Shown: positions 31,455 to 42,669, counted from the first letter of the stretch. The stretch: 64,000 nucleotides of DNA from Waterburya sp. (GCA_965217895.1 CBDCJV010000002.1:3936001-4000000); one strand, 5' to 3'. Notes: generated from the sequence alone by a model not told the origin. Numbers and translations are program-made.

Positions 31455-32459
31455 CTATTCCCTATTTAAACGAAGCGATACTAGCTGCTTAATTTTTTTC
31501 TTTTCCCACTCTAAAGCCGAACCAACAATTTTATCTAAAGAATTGTGTTGTGGTTGCCAGCCAATAACTTTGCGAATTTTGTCTCCTGATGCTACTACAC
31601 AAGCGGGATCTCCTTGTCTACGGGGAGTCTCCTCAATCGGAAAATCTACTCCCGAAATCTCTTGGATTTTGGATAATACTTCTCTGACGCTATAGCCAGT
31701 ACCATAGCCACAGTTTAAAACTTGACTGGTTGATTCTGTTTCTAAATAAGCTAAAGCATCTACATGAGCAGCAGCTAAGTCTTCGACATGAATATAGTCG
31801 CGGATGCCTGTGCCGTCTGGAGTTAAATAATCTGTACCAAAAATCCTAGCAGATGGACGAATACTCAAAGCTGCATCACAACCTACTCTTATTAAGTGAG
31901 CAGCTTTACCCATTTGACCAATTTTACCTGAACTATCTGCTCCTGCAACGTTAAAATAACGCAGAATTACATACTTAAGCTCTGAACTTTGAGCATAGTC
32001 ACAAATAATTCTCTCACTCATCAATTTAGATTTGCCATAAGGATTGATCGGCAAAGTTGAAGCTGTTTCTTGAACAGGGTAATCTTTAATTTCTCCATAT
32101 ACGGCTGCGGTACTCGAAAAAACAAACTGATTAACACCAAACTCTTCACAACACTGCAATACATTAATTACGTTGCAGGTATTGTTATGATAGTATGCTA
32201 AAGGTTTTTCTAATGATTCGGGAACAGAAATACTAGCTGCAAAGTGTAGCACCGCATCGAATTTGTGTTGAGCAAAAACTTGTGCTAACTGTTCGCTATT
32301 GCTAAGTTCACCTTGAATTAATTCTCCATATAATACAGCATCTACTGAACCTGTAGATAGGTTGTCGTAAATCACAATTTCGTAACCTGATTCTCCTAGC
32401 TTTTTTACAGTATGAGAACCAATGTAACCCGCACCGCCAGTAATTAAAACCTTTGACAT
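31455..32459 (-). CDS. galE: UDP-glucose 4-epimerase
   Basis: GGAGYIGSH, FSSTAAVYG, YGKSK, LRYFNVAGA and RDYIHV motifs. Confidence 0.95.
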   Translation of the reverse strand: MSKVLITGGAGYIGSHTVKKLGESGYEIVIYDNLSTGSVDAVLYGELIQGELSNSEQLAQVFAQHKFDAVLHFAASISVPESLEKPLAYYHNNTCNVINVLQCCEEFGVNQFVFSSTAAVYGEIKDYPVQETASTLPINPYGKSKLMSERIICDYAQSSELKYVILRYFNVAGADSSGKIGQMGKAAHLIRVGCDAALSIRPSARIFGTDYLTPDGTGIRDYIHVEDLAAAHVDALAYLETESTSQVLNCGYGTGYSVREVLSKIQEISGVDFPIEETPRRQGDPACVVASGDKIRKVIGWQPQHNSLDKIVGSALEWEKKKIKQLVSLRLNRE

Positions 32460-32805
32460 AGTGATTTATACCTAAAAGACTTTTAACCTACAATTTATTA
32501 TAGAGAAAGAAAAATTAATTGCTTCAAATTTTAGGGAGTATCATACTTATACTTTAGGTTTTTTAGGTTTTATTGGAAATACTGTTCAGTGAGCTTGATC
32601 GGTGTTTTGTGTTTGTTTTTAGCTTGTATTACCTAATTTATCCCCTTGTTATACAGTATCAATATTTGAAATATTGATTTAATAATTGCTATATTTAATA
32701 GCAGATTAATATTTCATATAAGTGCTAGAAAACTAGCTTTAATAATATTAATTGGCAATTTGATAGTTAACAAATAGGTTTGCTTGCTCTTTATTTTATC
32801 TGTAT

Positions 32806-34287
32806 ATGCCTCGATCGCCTAAATTAAAATTTGATCGTGGAACCTTAATCCTCCATCCTCCACCCAAGGGAAAAGCTTGGTTAGACTATGCAACCTGGGA
32901 CGATCGCGTCGAAAAGTTTCGCATACCTGCAATCTATTATCGTCCTCTGGTTGAAGCACTTAAAGCAGACGATAAAAATATTATCGACGATGCTAAAGAA
33001 TTTTATAATTTAGAGTTAAAAGCTGTATCGCAGTTTGAACCCTATCCCCATCAAGCAGAAGCACTACAGGCTTGGAAGCAAGCCAAAAGGCAAGGAGTAG
33101 TAGTTTTACCCACCGCAGCGGGAAAGACTTATCTAGCACAGCTAGCCATGGAATCTACCCCCCGCACAACCCTAATTGTGGTACCAACTTTGGATTTGAT
33201 GCACCAGTGGTATGCTCAAATTGAAGCCGCTTTTCCCAAGGCAGAAATAGGCTTATTGGGTGGTGGTTCGCGCGATCGCACTCCTATTCTGATTGCTACC
33301 TACCACAGCGCAGCCATCCATGCCGAAACCCTGGGAAATCGCTATGCGCTTCAGATCTTCGATGAATGCCACCATCTACCTACGGACTTTTTTAAAGTAA
33401 TTGCCGAATATGCGATCGCACCCTACCGTTTGGGCTTAACCGCAACTCCTGAACGTAGCGACGGTACACACCGTCATTTAGATACCTTAATTGGCAAAAT
33501 AGTCTATCGCAAAACTCCTGAAGAACTATCTGGCGGTGCTTTAGCCGAACATAAAGTAGTGCAGATGAGAGTCAAGCTGTCTGAGGTAGAACAGGAGAAA
33601 TACGAAAAAGCGATCGCCACTCGAACCAAATTCCTGCGACAGTCTAATATATCTCTCGGTAGCCTTGAGGGATGGCAGCTATTCGTTCAAGCCAGTGCGC
33701 GATCGCCCCAGGGTAGAAAAGCCATGTTAGCACACCGTGAAGCAAAAGCGATCGCCTTGGGTACAGATGCCAAACTTCGTATCTTAATTGACCTGATCGA
33801 AAAACATCATGCCGAACGCATTTTAATCTTTACCAACGACAACGCTACGGTTTATCGTATCTCCCAACAGTTTCTGATCCCTGCTATCACCTATCAAACC
33901 GCAGTCAAAGAACGTCACGAGATCTTAACCAGATTTAAAGCAGGTGAATATAAAACCTTAGTCGCTTCCCATGTACTCAACGAAGGTGTAGATGTTCCCG
34001 ATGCTAAAATAGCCATTATCCTTTCTGGTACAGGCTCAACCAGAGAATACGTCCAGAGATTAGGCAGAGTACTGAGAAAAGGCAACACCAGCAACAAACA
34101 GGCAATTCTCTACGAAGTTGTTACCGAAAACACCAGCGAAGAAAGAACCTCCCAACGTCGTCGGGGTGAACAAGACGACGATCGACCCAGACAGCTAAAA
34201 CTAATTACAACTCCCAAACCTAAAATCAAAAAACATCAGCTTAAAGCAGCCGAAGAATCTAAGCAATGGAATACTGAAGAAGAATAA
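32806..34287 (+). CDS. SF2 helicase (XPB/Rad25-like)
   Basis: PTAAGKT, DECH, LTAT, LNEGVDVP and QRLGRVLR motifs. Confidence 0.92.
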   Translation: MPRSPKLKFDRGTLILHPPPKGKAWLDYATWDDRVEKFRIPAIYYRPLVEALKADDKNIIDDAKEFYNLELKAVSQFEPYPHQAEALQAWKQAKRQGVVVLPTAAGKTYLAQLAMESTPRTTLIVVPTLDLMHQWYAQIEAAFPKAEIGLLGGGSRDRTPILIATYHSAAIHAETLGNRYALQIFDECHHLPTDFFKVIAEYAIAPYRLGLTATPERSDGTHRHLDTLIGKIVYRKTPEELSGGALAEHKVVQMRVKLSEVEQEKYEKAIATRTKFLRQSNISLGSLEGWQLFVQASARSPQGRKAMLAHREAKAIALGTDAKLRILIDLIEKHHAERILIFTNDNATVYRISQQFLIPAITYQTAVKERHEILTRFKAGEYKTLVASHVLNEGVDVPDAKIAIILSGTGSTREYVQRLGRVLRKGNTSNKQAILYEVVTENTSEERTSQRRRGEQDDDRPRQLKLITTPKPKIKKHQLKAAEESKQWNTEEE

Positions 34288-34314
34288 AGGTTGCTGTCAA
34301 TTGTCCATAGCTAA

Positions 34315-35193
34315 TTATTTCTTAGGAGAAAACAGCAACACTGGAAACCAGCTACTGCGCATCAAGTCATTAGCAAAACTACGAACTGTCCACTGCAAAA
34401 GGCTGTTACGATAATCAGTAGCAATGGCGATCGCACTAATATCAAAGTCTAAGGCAGCCATAGTAATCTCTTGTAAAGGATTGCCTTGCTTGACTAGAGT
34501 ATTAACTTCAATATTTAAAGCCTCTAATTCTTGCTTAACTGAATCTAGCTTGCTTTGGGCATCTTGTACCCGCTGTTCAACCATCATGGACTTTCTACCA
34601 CTATCGTCAACCACACTCATCAACATACACTGCTTGAGAGAATTTTCTGGGCGATCCTGGGCATATTTCTTGATCTCTTCTATTAAGTAGTGGGCGGTTT
34701 CACTATCGTTATAAGGAATGAGTAAATACCGCCAAAGGTGCTGACAGCGTAAATTTAACTCTTCGCGAGTATAAGTAGTAATTAGTTCTGGGCGGATAAT
34801 ATTGAGAGGCTGATCCGTAAGTTTTGCCAAGCCTGTACTAGTACTACCAAAAAAGCTTTCTTGCAGTGAACTTCTGATCGGAGTTCCTGTCATGATCACA
34901 TCTATTTGATGTTTCTTCAATACTCTAGGAATTGTGTCGAGGGGTTTGCCTGAAAGAACCTCGATTTGAACATCTATTGATTCAGGAGCATTTTTTAAAG
35001 CTATCTGAAAACGTTGCTTGGCTTTTTCTACTTTTTCTTCATCTATTCTGGGAACTTCTCCTTCTTGCCAAAAAGGAACACTATGGAAAAAGACAATTTT
35101 TTTTAAACCGCACTGAGACAGACTGGGTACACAGTCAACAAAGCGATACAAACCATCGGTAAAGTCAGTGCAAATCAAGCAGCTTTGAAACAT
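34315..35193 (-). CDS. Tandem universal stress protein
   Basis: MFQSCLICTDF start (M52 of the ORF), FGSTS, and a second USP-like domain LLIPYNDS. Confidence 0.85.
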   Translation of the reverse strand: MFQSCLICTDFTDGLYRFVDCVPSLSQCGLKKIVFFHSVPFWQEGEVPRIDEEKVEKAKQRFQIALKNAPESIDVQIEVLSGKPLDTIPRVLKKHQIDVIMTGTPIRSSLQESFFGSTSTGLAKLTDQPLNIIRPELITTYTREELNLRCQHLWRYLLIPYNDSETAHYLIEEIKKYAQDRPENSLKQCMLMSVVDDSGRKSMMVEQRVQDAQSKLDSVKQELEALNIEVNTLVKQGNPLQEITMAALDFDISAIAIATDYRNSLLQWTVRSFANDLMRSSWFPVLLFSPKK

Positions 35194-35361
35194 AGAAGCT
35201 AAATAGCGAATATCTTTACTTCTTACACTAGCAAAAAAAGTATAATTAGTTTCTATAATCTTAATTTTCTTAGTCTTTTGCCTGAGTCTAAACCCCAACA
35301 ACCCCAGCTTTTTTCGATGGAAACTAGCAAGAGAAGGAGGCAGCATGATTCAAGCTTATCT

Positions 35362-35556
35362 TTATGCCCTAGGTGGAGAATCTATACCCCACTGATGGCG
35401 GATAAAGTTTTGATACATATTATCTTTGATTAACATTTGCTCATATAGTTTTATTAAGAAATCTTGAGCCTGTTCGTGGCTCATACCTTTTACCTGAGTC
35501 TCAAAAGAGCGAATATTAAACTTTTGCTCCAAAGATAATTCCATTGAATTTGACAT
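35362..35556 (-). CDS. nblA: Phycobilisome degradation protein NblA
   Basis: LSLEQKFNIRSFETQVKGMSHEQAQDFLIKLYEQM matches NblA/Ycf18. Confidence 0.95.
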   Translation of the reverse strand: MSNSMELSLEQKFNIRSFETQVKGMSHEQAQDFLIKLYEQMLIKDNMYQNFIRHQWGIDSPPRA

Positions 35557-35601
35557 TCTATGTGTACCCCTACGTATGACTTAACAACAACATTTTAACT
35601 T

Positions 35602-35645
35602 TAATATTATCTAATGTAACAATTAATTGACATTAGATAATATTA
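35602..35645. promoter_or_regulatory. 44-bp near-perfect palindrome upstream of nblA
   Basis: taatattatctaatgt(aa)caatt|aattgacattagataatatta. Confidence 0.55.
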
Positions 35646-36211
35646 GTTATAAAGCTGGCAATAGTTAATTGTCAATTGTTGGCTAGATTTTTCCTCTTTA
35701 AAAAGGATTGTCAAGAAAAAAAAAGCAAATTTAAGAGAATATATTGGTTAATGGTCTAAACATTCTGTAATAATTAAAGATAGTGCAGAATTTAAAATAG
35801 AATTCAATTTTTTAAATTGAGTGGGCGTAGTTTTGAGGTTTCCTCAAAACGTTGATCGCTTAGTGTTTTCACTGTGAACTGCTTTGGGTTTTCTAAAGCA
35901 CAACATCGGACTCAAATCGATGGGCATTTTGCGTTATACAGGTGTTTTGATACTGTGGCAGTAATTAAAGATAGCGTCATATTAAATAGCTGGTACATTT
36001 TTGGGGTGCAACCTTAGTATTTCTTTTCTAGATAGCTTTAGAAAGGGTAAATGTTTGAGTGCGTATTTGTGTACAGTTGAAATAGTTACTTAAAAAGATC
36101 CATCTATAAATAAAGCTTTTGGACAATTTAGTACATTTTGGCGTAGCTGCCATCAGAAAAGCGTTCGCTCTGCACACTATTTTAAAATTAAACTAGCTTG
36201 GGAGATACAGT

Positions 36212-36673
36212 ATGTCTATCCGTTTGTATGTAGGTAATTTACCTAAAGAAGAAATTGATCGCGAAGCCTTATCAACTATGTTTGCTGAGTCAGAACAGGT
36301 GACAACCAAAATAATTAAAGACCGAAAAACAGGAAAATGTCGCGGTTTCGCTTTTGTGACAGTCGAAACTGATGAAGCAGCCGACCAATTTATTGAAAAA
36401 TATAATGGTCAATCCTTTATGGATAATCCTTTGAAAATTGAAAAGGCTTTACCACGCTCTAAAGCAGATGAAGAAGGCGCATCGGCAGAAGGTAACGCTA
36501 ATAACGCTCCTAAACGCAAAGCTAACAATGTTAGTAACAATACTAAGCGTAGTGGTAAAAAGCCTGGTAGTAGCAGTAGTCAAAAACAGCAAGGTAGTAG
36601 TATTCAACCCGATCCTCGCTGGGCAGATGAATTAGCTAAACTCAAAGAAATGTTGGCTTCTGCTAATAACTAG
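36212..36673 (+). CDS. RRM RNA-binding protein, Rbp3 type
   Basis: RLYVGNL, RGFAFV and the C-terminal PDPRWA motif. Confidence 0.9.
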   Translation: MSIRLYVGNLPKEEIDREALSTMFAESEQVTTKIIKDRKTGKCRGFAFVTVETDEAADQFIEKYNGQSFMDNPLKIEKALPRSKADEEGASAEGNANNAPKRKANNVSNNTKRSGKKPGSSSSQKQQGSSIQPDPRWADELAKLKEMLASANN

Positions 36674-36946
36674 ACTGATTTATCGTGAGTCGGTAGCAAA
36701 ATTGTTTGTGGCTATAGACTTTAAGTTTTGATCGCTCATTGAACATTAGACATTTTATGGTTTTAAGCCTACTTCCAAACCAATCTTAAATGCTCAATGC
36801 TTAATGAAATGAGGCGGTGACAATAACTCTCTAGGTGACTAGGAGGAATTGGACACCGTAATTTTTTTAGGGTTTTGGGAAAATATCTGCGAAAATAAGT
36901 CCCAGATTAAATAAATCTAACAAGATAATATACGGAGATAAAATCA

Positions 36947-37648
36947 ATGAGCGATCCTGTCAAAACTATGAAGCAAGAAGTAGGTAAAGCTGCTGCCGAT
37001 CGCGTAAAATCAGACTCTATCGTTGGACTAGGATCGGGTTCTACTGCTGCCTATGCTATTGAGTATATAGGCGATCGCTTGGCAAAGGGAGAAATTAAAA
37101 ATATTCTGGGTGTACCTACTTCCTTTCAGGCAGAAGTTCTAGCAAAAAAATTTAACATCCCCTTAGTTACTCTAGATGCGATCGAGCATATTGATATTGC
37201 GATCGATGGTGCGGATGAAGTCGATCCCCAAAAAAACTTAATTAAAGGTGGTGGCGCAGCACACACTCGCGAAAAAGTTGTCGATTCTCTAGCTACAGAA
37301 TTCATTGTCGTAGTAGATGAAGGTAAGCTAGTTGATAAACTCGGTTCAACTTTCTTGCTACCTGTAGAAGTAATTCCCATGGCGGTTGCTCCTGTGATGC
37401 GAAGCTTGGAAAAGCTAGGGGGAAAACCAGAATTGCGGATGGGTGTAAAAAAAGCTGGACCAGTGGTTACGGATCAGGGCAATTTAGTTATTGATGTGAA
37501 ATTCGACCATATTACCAACCCTGGGGAAATGGAAAAAACAATCAATAATTTTCCAGGAGTATTAGAAAATGGCTTGTTCGTAGGCGTGGCAGATATTATT
37601 TTAGTCGGCAAGATTGTAAACGGTAAATCTGAAATTAGTCAGTTTTAG
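36947..37648 (+). CDS. rpiA: Ribose-5-phosphate isomerase A
   Basis: GLGSGST, DGADEVD and IKGGG motifs. Confidence 0.97.
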   Translation: MSDPVKTMKQEVGKAAADRVKSDSIVGLGSGSTAAYAIEYIGDRLAKGEIKNILGVPTSFQAEVLAKKFNIPLVTLDAIEHIDIAIDGADEVDPQKNLIKGGGAAHTREKVVDSLATEFIVVVDEGKLVDKLGSTFLLPVEVIPMAVAPVMRSLEKLGGKPELRMGVKKAGPVVTDQGNLVIDVKFDHITNPGEMEKTINNFPGVLENGLFVGVADIILVGKIVNGKSEISQF

Positions 37649-37760
37649 TAACAGTCGCGCCTGTCCCCCAAAGTTGACGAGCGACCCTGCCTCGCCGACA
37701 GGCGCATAAGATTACGTTATGGTAAAAACTGGCTCAAACATCATGAATCGAAACTAAAGC

Positions 37761-38468
37761 GTGAAACCAGCTATTTTATACGGCGTTAGTGTCGGCACAG
37801 GAGATCCTGAATTAATTACTGTCAAAGGATTACGGATCTTACAAACCAGCGATATTATTGCCTTCCCTGCTGGTATTAATAATCGTCCAGGAATAGCTCA
37901 AAATATTATTGAGCGTTGGTTACAGCCACAACAGCAAATTTTGCCCTTAAAATTTCCTTACACTCAAGATGCGGAAATTTTACAAGCAGCTTGGTCAGAA
38001 GCAGCAGATCGAGTTTGGCACTATCTTGACCAAGGAATAAACATTGCTTTTGCCTGTTTAGGAGACGTTAGTTTCTATAGCACCTTTACTTATTTAGCTC
38101 AGGCTTTAGAGCGATCGCATCCCGAAGCAAAGATCGAAACTGTGCCTGGAGTTTGTTCGCCTATGGCGATCGCTTCTGTCTTAAAAATACCTCTCACCGT
38201 CAACCATCAGCATTTGGCGGTATTACCTGCTCTACATACAGTTAAAGAATTAGAAATAGCTTTAGACTGGGCGGAGATAGTTGTGTTACTCAAAGTAAGT
38301 TCTGTTTACCAGCAGGTTTGGCAAATTTTAGAGCAACGAAATCTATTAAATTCTAGCTATATTGTCGAAAAAGCAACTTTTCCCGAACAAAAAATATATG
38401 ATGACCTTGCCAACTATCCTCAGCTTAAGCTGTCTTACTTTTCAATCATGATCATTCGCAACGGCTAA
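37761..38468 (+). CDS. cobI: Precorrin-2 C20-methyltransferase
   Basis: GVSVGTGDPELIT, LGDVSFYSTF, VPGV and SYFS motifs. Confidence 0.9.
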   Translation: MKPAILYGVSVGTGDPELITVKGLRILQTSDIIAFPAGINNRPGIAQNIIERWLQPQQQILPLKFPYTQDAEILQAAWSEAADRVWHYLDQGINIAFACLGDVSFYSTFTYLAQALERSHPEAKIETVPGVCSPMAIASVLKIPLTVNHQHLAVLPALHTVKELEIALDWAEIVVLLKVSSVYQQVWQILEQRNLLNSSYIVEKATFPEQKIYDDLANYPQLKLSYFSIMIIRNG

Positions 38469-38530
38469 ACTTTTAGGCTTGAGAAATTAATAAATCTTTC
38501 AAAGAGCTATAGGTTATAGGTTATATGCGA

Positions 38531-38884
38531 TTACGAACCCAGTTTAAAGGCTTCTAAAAATAAACTAAAGGTTAAACCAATTTTAAATAAATTAAAAACG
38601 TCCACGTAAAGCGATCGCCTGATGGGGAAAGAAGCTGCTTGTTGACGGTTGCGACGACTATAAGTAAACTTACTGGTTAATTCAGTAAAGACAAGTAAAA
38701 CCGCTGCTGCGGGAACATCCCAGACCGCATCCTGTCCTGCGGTAGTTGCAATTGCCGAACCCATAAAAAATCCAAAAAGGAAACTAATCGAACTCAAGGC
38801 AATACGTCGCCAAGGGTTACTAAACATCAATTCTAAGCGTGAGCCTGTAATCTCTACCAGACTGTTAAGACGAGTACGTTGCAT
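38531..38884 (-). CDS. ycf20: Ycf20/DUF565 membrane protein
   Basis: MQRTRL start, NPWRR and EAFKLGS terminus. Confidence 0.88.
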   Translation of the reverse strand: MQRTRLNSLVEITGSRLELMFSNPWRRIALSSISFLFGFFMGSAIATTAGQDAVWDVPAAAVLLVFTELTSKFTYSRRNRQQAASFPIRRSLYVDVFNLFKIGLTFSLFLEAFKLGS

Positions 38885-39138
38885 TTCAATTATCAATTAC
38901 TATTTGGTGGGCAACAAAAACTGATTGGTAGCAACAGTTAGGACAGTTATGACAGTTAGAGCAGTTGAAAAGCCTAATTTACCGTTAATTATCTTTAACT
39001 CAAGCAAGAAAGGCTTTAGCCGCATCTGTTGCTCTTGCGCCTGACGGCGATGCGGCTTCCTTACTCAAAAAGGGCTTCGATAGCTGTTGTTTTGTTCATG
39101 ATAAAATTTTGTCCGAATTATTATGGTAGGTTAAATGC

Positions 39139-39744
39139 TTAATGCTTATCTATACGGCTAAAAATCCAAAAAGAACTTACCAAACCAACAAAATGACCAG
39201 CAATAATATTGATACAGGCTTGGATAATAAATACATCTAAAGAATTAACAAATTCTGTATTGCTTTGATTATTAAAAACTTTTGCAGGATCGAAAGACAA
39301 AGTTTTCGAGAGGACCAGACCCGCGATGGTTTCCGCACCCAAGATAGTGATTAATGTACCCACTAGACTAGTAATAATCCCAATTTGGATTATTTTGATC
39401 GTAGTAGATTTCTTGGGCGGAGCAGTGTTTGGTTGAGCAAATTTAGCTGCCATCTTGCCATATCTAAAGGCAATACAAATACCGACGATTAGGCAGATCA
39501 ATCCACATACACCGCAAAATATGCTAAACCCAACTCCTGGAGTATTTCTTTGCGCTCGATTGGTGATGGCTAAAGCTAAGGTAACAGAAGAGACGACTCC
39601 TAAAAATACCTGAATCCAGAATCCAGCTAACCCGCCCCACTTAAGGGCATTAGCTGCTTGAAGCATTCGGGCAGATTTTGTAGCTGGGGCATTGCGAGAA
39701 CTAGGATCTTTAGAAAATGGGGTAATTTCTGATTCTTTTGCCAT
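39139..39744 (-). CDS. DUF3611 membrane protein
   Basis: GFWIQVFLGVVS and LDVFIIQACINII...HF motifs; four hydrophobic segments. Confidence 0.8.
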   Translation of the reverse strand: MAKESEITPFSKDPSSRNAPATKSARMLQAANALKWGGLAGFWIQVFLGVVSSVTLALAITNRAQRNTPGVGFSIFCGVCGLICLIVGICIAFRYGKMAAKFAQPNTAPPKKSTTIKIIQIGIITSLVGTLITILGAETIAGLVLSKTLSFDPAKVFNNQSNTEFVNSLDVFIIQACINIIAGHFVGLVSSFWIFSRIDKH

Positions 39745-39899
39745 GGTTGAGTTTTCCTTGGTAGTTGATGATTAATAAAAGTACACTTAATATCTAGTAA
39801 ATTTTTTGAGGACAGTTTTCTGAGCAAGAATGGCTATTTTAACTATAGTTATTGAATTAATTATTTGAGATATATCAATCAATAATAAACTAGATAGAT

Positions 39900-40364
39900 G
39901 AGAGAGTTAGCGAGGTGGTTGCAAATTTGTCCTTGGAGGCAGATTTGAGGAAAGTCCGGACTCCCGAAAGACCATACTTGCTGGATAATTCCCAGTGCGA
40001 GCGATCGCGAGGAAAGTGCCACAGAAAAATACCGCCTTTTCATTGAGCATTAAGCATTGAACATTGAACAGAAATAACTGGTAAATGGTAAATGACAAAT
40101 GGTAAATGATGATTGGTAAGGGTGCAAAGGTGCGGTAAGAGCGCACCAGCAGTATCGAGAGGTACTGGCTCGGTAAACCCCGGTAGGGAGCAAGGACGGA
40201 GGGATTATGGTTGGTCTTTTTCCAGTCCCGTTTGTAGAGAGCCGCAAGAGGTGTTTGGTAACAAACATCCCAGATAGATAACTACCCTTGGCTAAAGTTG
40301 ATGTAGCACTTTGTTACATTGCCCAAGTTTGAGAACAGAATCCGGCTTATGTTCTAACTCTCTC
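39900..40364 (+). ncRNA. rnpB: RNase P RNA (class A)
   Basis: P1 gagagagttag/ctaactctctc, GAGGAAAGTCC, GAAAGTGCCACAG, GGTAAACCCC and ACAGAATCCGGCTTA. Confidence 0.98.
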
Positions 40365-40387
40365 TATTCTATTTCGTCTCTAGCTAA

Positions 40388-41131
40388 ATGTTTGCAGATC
40401 CCAGACGACAAAAACAATTAGAAAAATTTCTAGGCAAGCTAGGTTTACCTGCTAATGTAAACGTTGATTTGTCTTTGCTTGATTTGGCTTTGACTCATCC
40501 TAGTATTTCTCGCACTCGTAACTATGAGCAGCTAGAGTTTGTTGGCGATTCTGTGGTCAGGTTAATTGCAGCAGAACTATTATTAGAAACCTATCCCCAA
40601 GAGCCGGTAGGGGAATTTGCTGCTATTCGTTCTATTTTAGTGAGCGATCGCCTTTTGGCAGAGTTGGCTGAAAGTTACGGAGTTGAACCATATTTATTAA
40701 TCGGCACAAATGCCACAGGCAACCCTATTGGCAGACAGTCTTGGTTAGCAGACGCTTTTGAGGCAGTATTAGGAGCTTTGTACCTTAGCACTCACAATAT
40801 GGACTTGATTCGTCCATGGCTAGATAGGGCATTAAAAACTAGAGCAGCAGAGGTTTTAAACGATCCTGCTCGCTTTAACTATAAAGATGCTTTACAGGAA
40901 TGGACTCAGAGAAAACACAAAATTTTGCCTGAATACCGAGTCCAAGAAAACAAAGATTTCAAACCATCCAAAACGGAAGCAACACCAGATCCCTCTTCAT
41001 ATCAAGCTCATCGCTTCATAGCTGAAGTCTGGTTAGAAAATCGTTGTTTAGCTACAGGTATAGGACGTTCTAAAAAAGCTGCCGAACAAGCAGCAGCAAA
41101 AGAAGCTCTTTTAGCTATACCAAATGAATGA
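40388..41131 (+). CDS. rnc: Ribonuclease III
   Basis: EQLEFVGD, ADAFEAVLGA and dsRBD YKDALQE...SKKAAEQAAA. Confidence 0.95.
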   Translation: MFADPRRQKQLEKFLGKLGLPANVNVDLSLLDLALTHPSISRTRNYEQLEFVGDSVVRLIAAELLLETYPQEPVGEFAAIRSILVSDRLLAELAESYGVEPYLLIGTNATGNPIGRQSWLADAFEAVLGALYLSTHNMDLIRPWLDRALKTRAAEVLNDPARFNYKDALQEWTQRKHKILPEYRVQENKDFKPSKTEATPDPSSYQAHRFIAEVWLENRCLATGIGRSKKAAEQAAAKEALLAIPNE

Positions 41132-41292
41132 TTCTCAATTAATAGTTTTGCGCCAATACAATCAAATAGTAGTATGGGAAAATATAACATTTTAGCTAGT
41201 CTGGTGATAAATCACTGAGCGGGGAAGATGCTGCTTTGTAAGCAGCATTTCCGCCCACTAGGAATTAGATAATAAAAGAGCCTTTAGAAGCG

Positions 41293-42045
41293 ATGATGAA
41301 AAATGATGATCTAAATTTAATTGAAAACGAATCCAGCAATCCTTTAGGTCAAATAAGTTCTACAGACTTATCATCAGAAATACCCCCTCCAGATCCAGAG
41401 CGAATGTTGGAGTTGTTAGAATCAACTACTGCTGCCGATAGAATGTTAGCAGCAAGGGCTTTTTGTGAACTAAAAGATCCTCGCTCCATTCCCTTATTGA
41501 TCGAACTTTTAGATGATACTTGTCCTTTAGTTAGAGTTAGTACCACCTATGCTTTAGGTCGCAATACTGATGCCAGTATTGTCGAACCGCTAATTGAATT
41601 ATTAGCCAGAGATTTCAATGGTTATGTGCGTAAGGGAATTGTTTGGGCTTTGGGCAACAGCAAAGATCGTCGCGCCCTCAAACCTCTAATTCACGCCTTG
41701 AAAACTGATATCTCGGCGGTTAGACTTTGGGCAGCTAGTGGTTTAGCCCAGATAGCTCCTTTAGAATATGAAGATATCATTGCTGCTATTCCGCCTTTGA
41801 TTCAAAGTTTAAGACGAGACAGCACCGCAGCAGTACGCAGTAACTGTGCTTGGGCAATTGGGCAACTATGTCGCGAACTACCTTCTAACGTTGTTTATGC
41901 TACGGCGATCGATGCTTTAATTGAGTCTTTGGTTGAAGATGATGATCTTAGCGTCAAAGATGATGCCAGAAGTGCTATTCTCAAAGTCGGCGATCCTGGC
42001 GGTCTACAAATGATCGAAGAATTGGAATTTGAAGGCTTAATTTAA
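41293..42045 (+). CDS. HEAT-repeat phycobilin-lyase-like protein (NblB-like)
   Basis: Multiple E-Z type HEAT repeats (VR..YALG, VR..WALG, VR..AWAIG). Confidence 0.8.
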   Translation: MMKNDDLNLIENESSNPLGQISSTDLSSEIPPPDPERMLELLESTTAADRMLAARAFCELKDPRSIPLLIELLDDTCPLVRVSTTYALGRNTDASIVEPLIELLARDFNGYVRKGIVWALGNSKDRRALKPLIHALKTDISAVRLWAASGLAQIAPLEYEDIIAAIPPLIQSLRRDSTAAVRSNCAWAIGQLCRELPSNVVYATAIDALIESLVEDDDLSVKDDARSAILKVGDPGGLQMIEELEFEGLI

Positions 42046-42060
42046 TCGATAAAATATTAC

Positions 42061-42669
42061 ATGACAAAACCCCTGATTGTAGGCGTAAGCGGTGCTTCGG
42101 GACTAATTTATGCTGTACGCGCTTTGAAGTATTTACTGGCTGCTGACTATTCAATTGAGCTAGTTGCTTCTCGTGCCACTTATATGGTTTGGCAAGCAGA
42201 AGAAAACATTCGGATGCCGGCAGAGCCAGAAAAACAAGAATTATTTTGGCGAGAAAAAGCTGGAGTTATGAAAGGAGGAACTCTTAACTGCCATCGCTGG
42301 GGTGATGTGGGAGATAATATCGCTAGTGGTTCTTTTCGGACTTTAGGTATGATTATTATTCCCTGTAGCATGAGTACCGTAGCTAAAATTGCCGCTGGTT
42401 TAAGCTCCGATTTATTAGAGAGAGCCTCAGATGTACAGATTAAAGAGAGCAAACCTTTGGTAGTTGTTCCCAGAGAAACCCCATTTAGTCTCATTCACCT
42501 GCGTAATCTAACTACTTTAGCTGAGGCTGGGGTTAAAATTGTTCCTGCTATTCCTGCCTGGTATCATCATCCTCAAACTATTGAAGATTTAGTTGATTTT
42601 GTAGTAGCTCGTGCTTTAGATACTCTCGATATTGATTGTATTCCGATTAAGCGTTGGAAAAGCAGTTAG
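42061..42669 (+). CDS. ubiX: Flavin prenyltransferase UbiX
   Basis: GVSGASG, IASGSF, PCSMST and PRETP motifs. Confidence 0.95.
   Translation: MTKPLIVGVSGASGLIYAVRALKYLLAADYSIELVASRATYMVWQAEENIRMPAEPEKQELFWREKAGVMKGGTLNCHRWGDVGDNIASGSFRTLGMIIIPCSMSTVAKIAAGLSSDLLERASDVQIKESKPLVVVPRETPFSLIHLRNLTTLAEAGVKIVPAIPAWYHHPQTIEDLVDFVVARALDTLDIDCIPIKRWKSS

Noticed and set aside
31010..32459. Genomic island at tRNA-Pro
   Set aside because: No integrase and no duplicated tRNA 3' end seen.
32806..34287. Helicase as part of a defence system
   Set aside because: No nuclease, methylase or DUF790 partner is adjacent; the neighbours are housekeeping genes.
35615..35632. NtcA box upstream of nblA
   Set aside because: Spacing and sequence do not match GTA-N8-TAC.
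39907..40268. Two minus-strand ORFs
   Set aside because: Antisense to rnpB.
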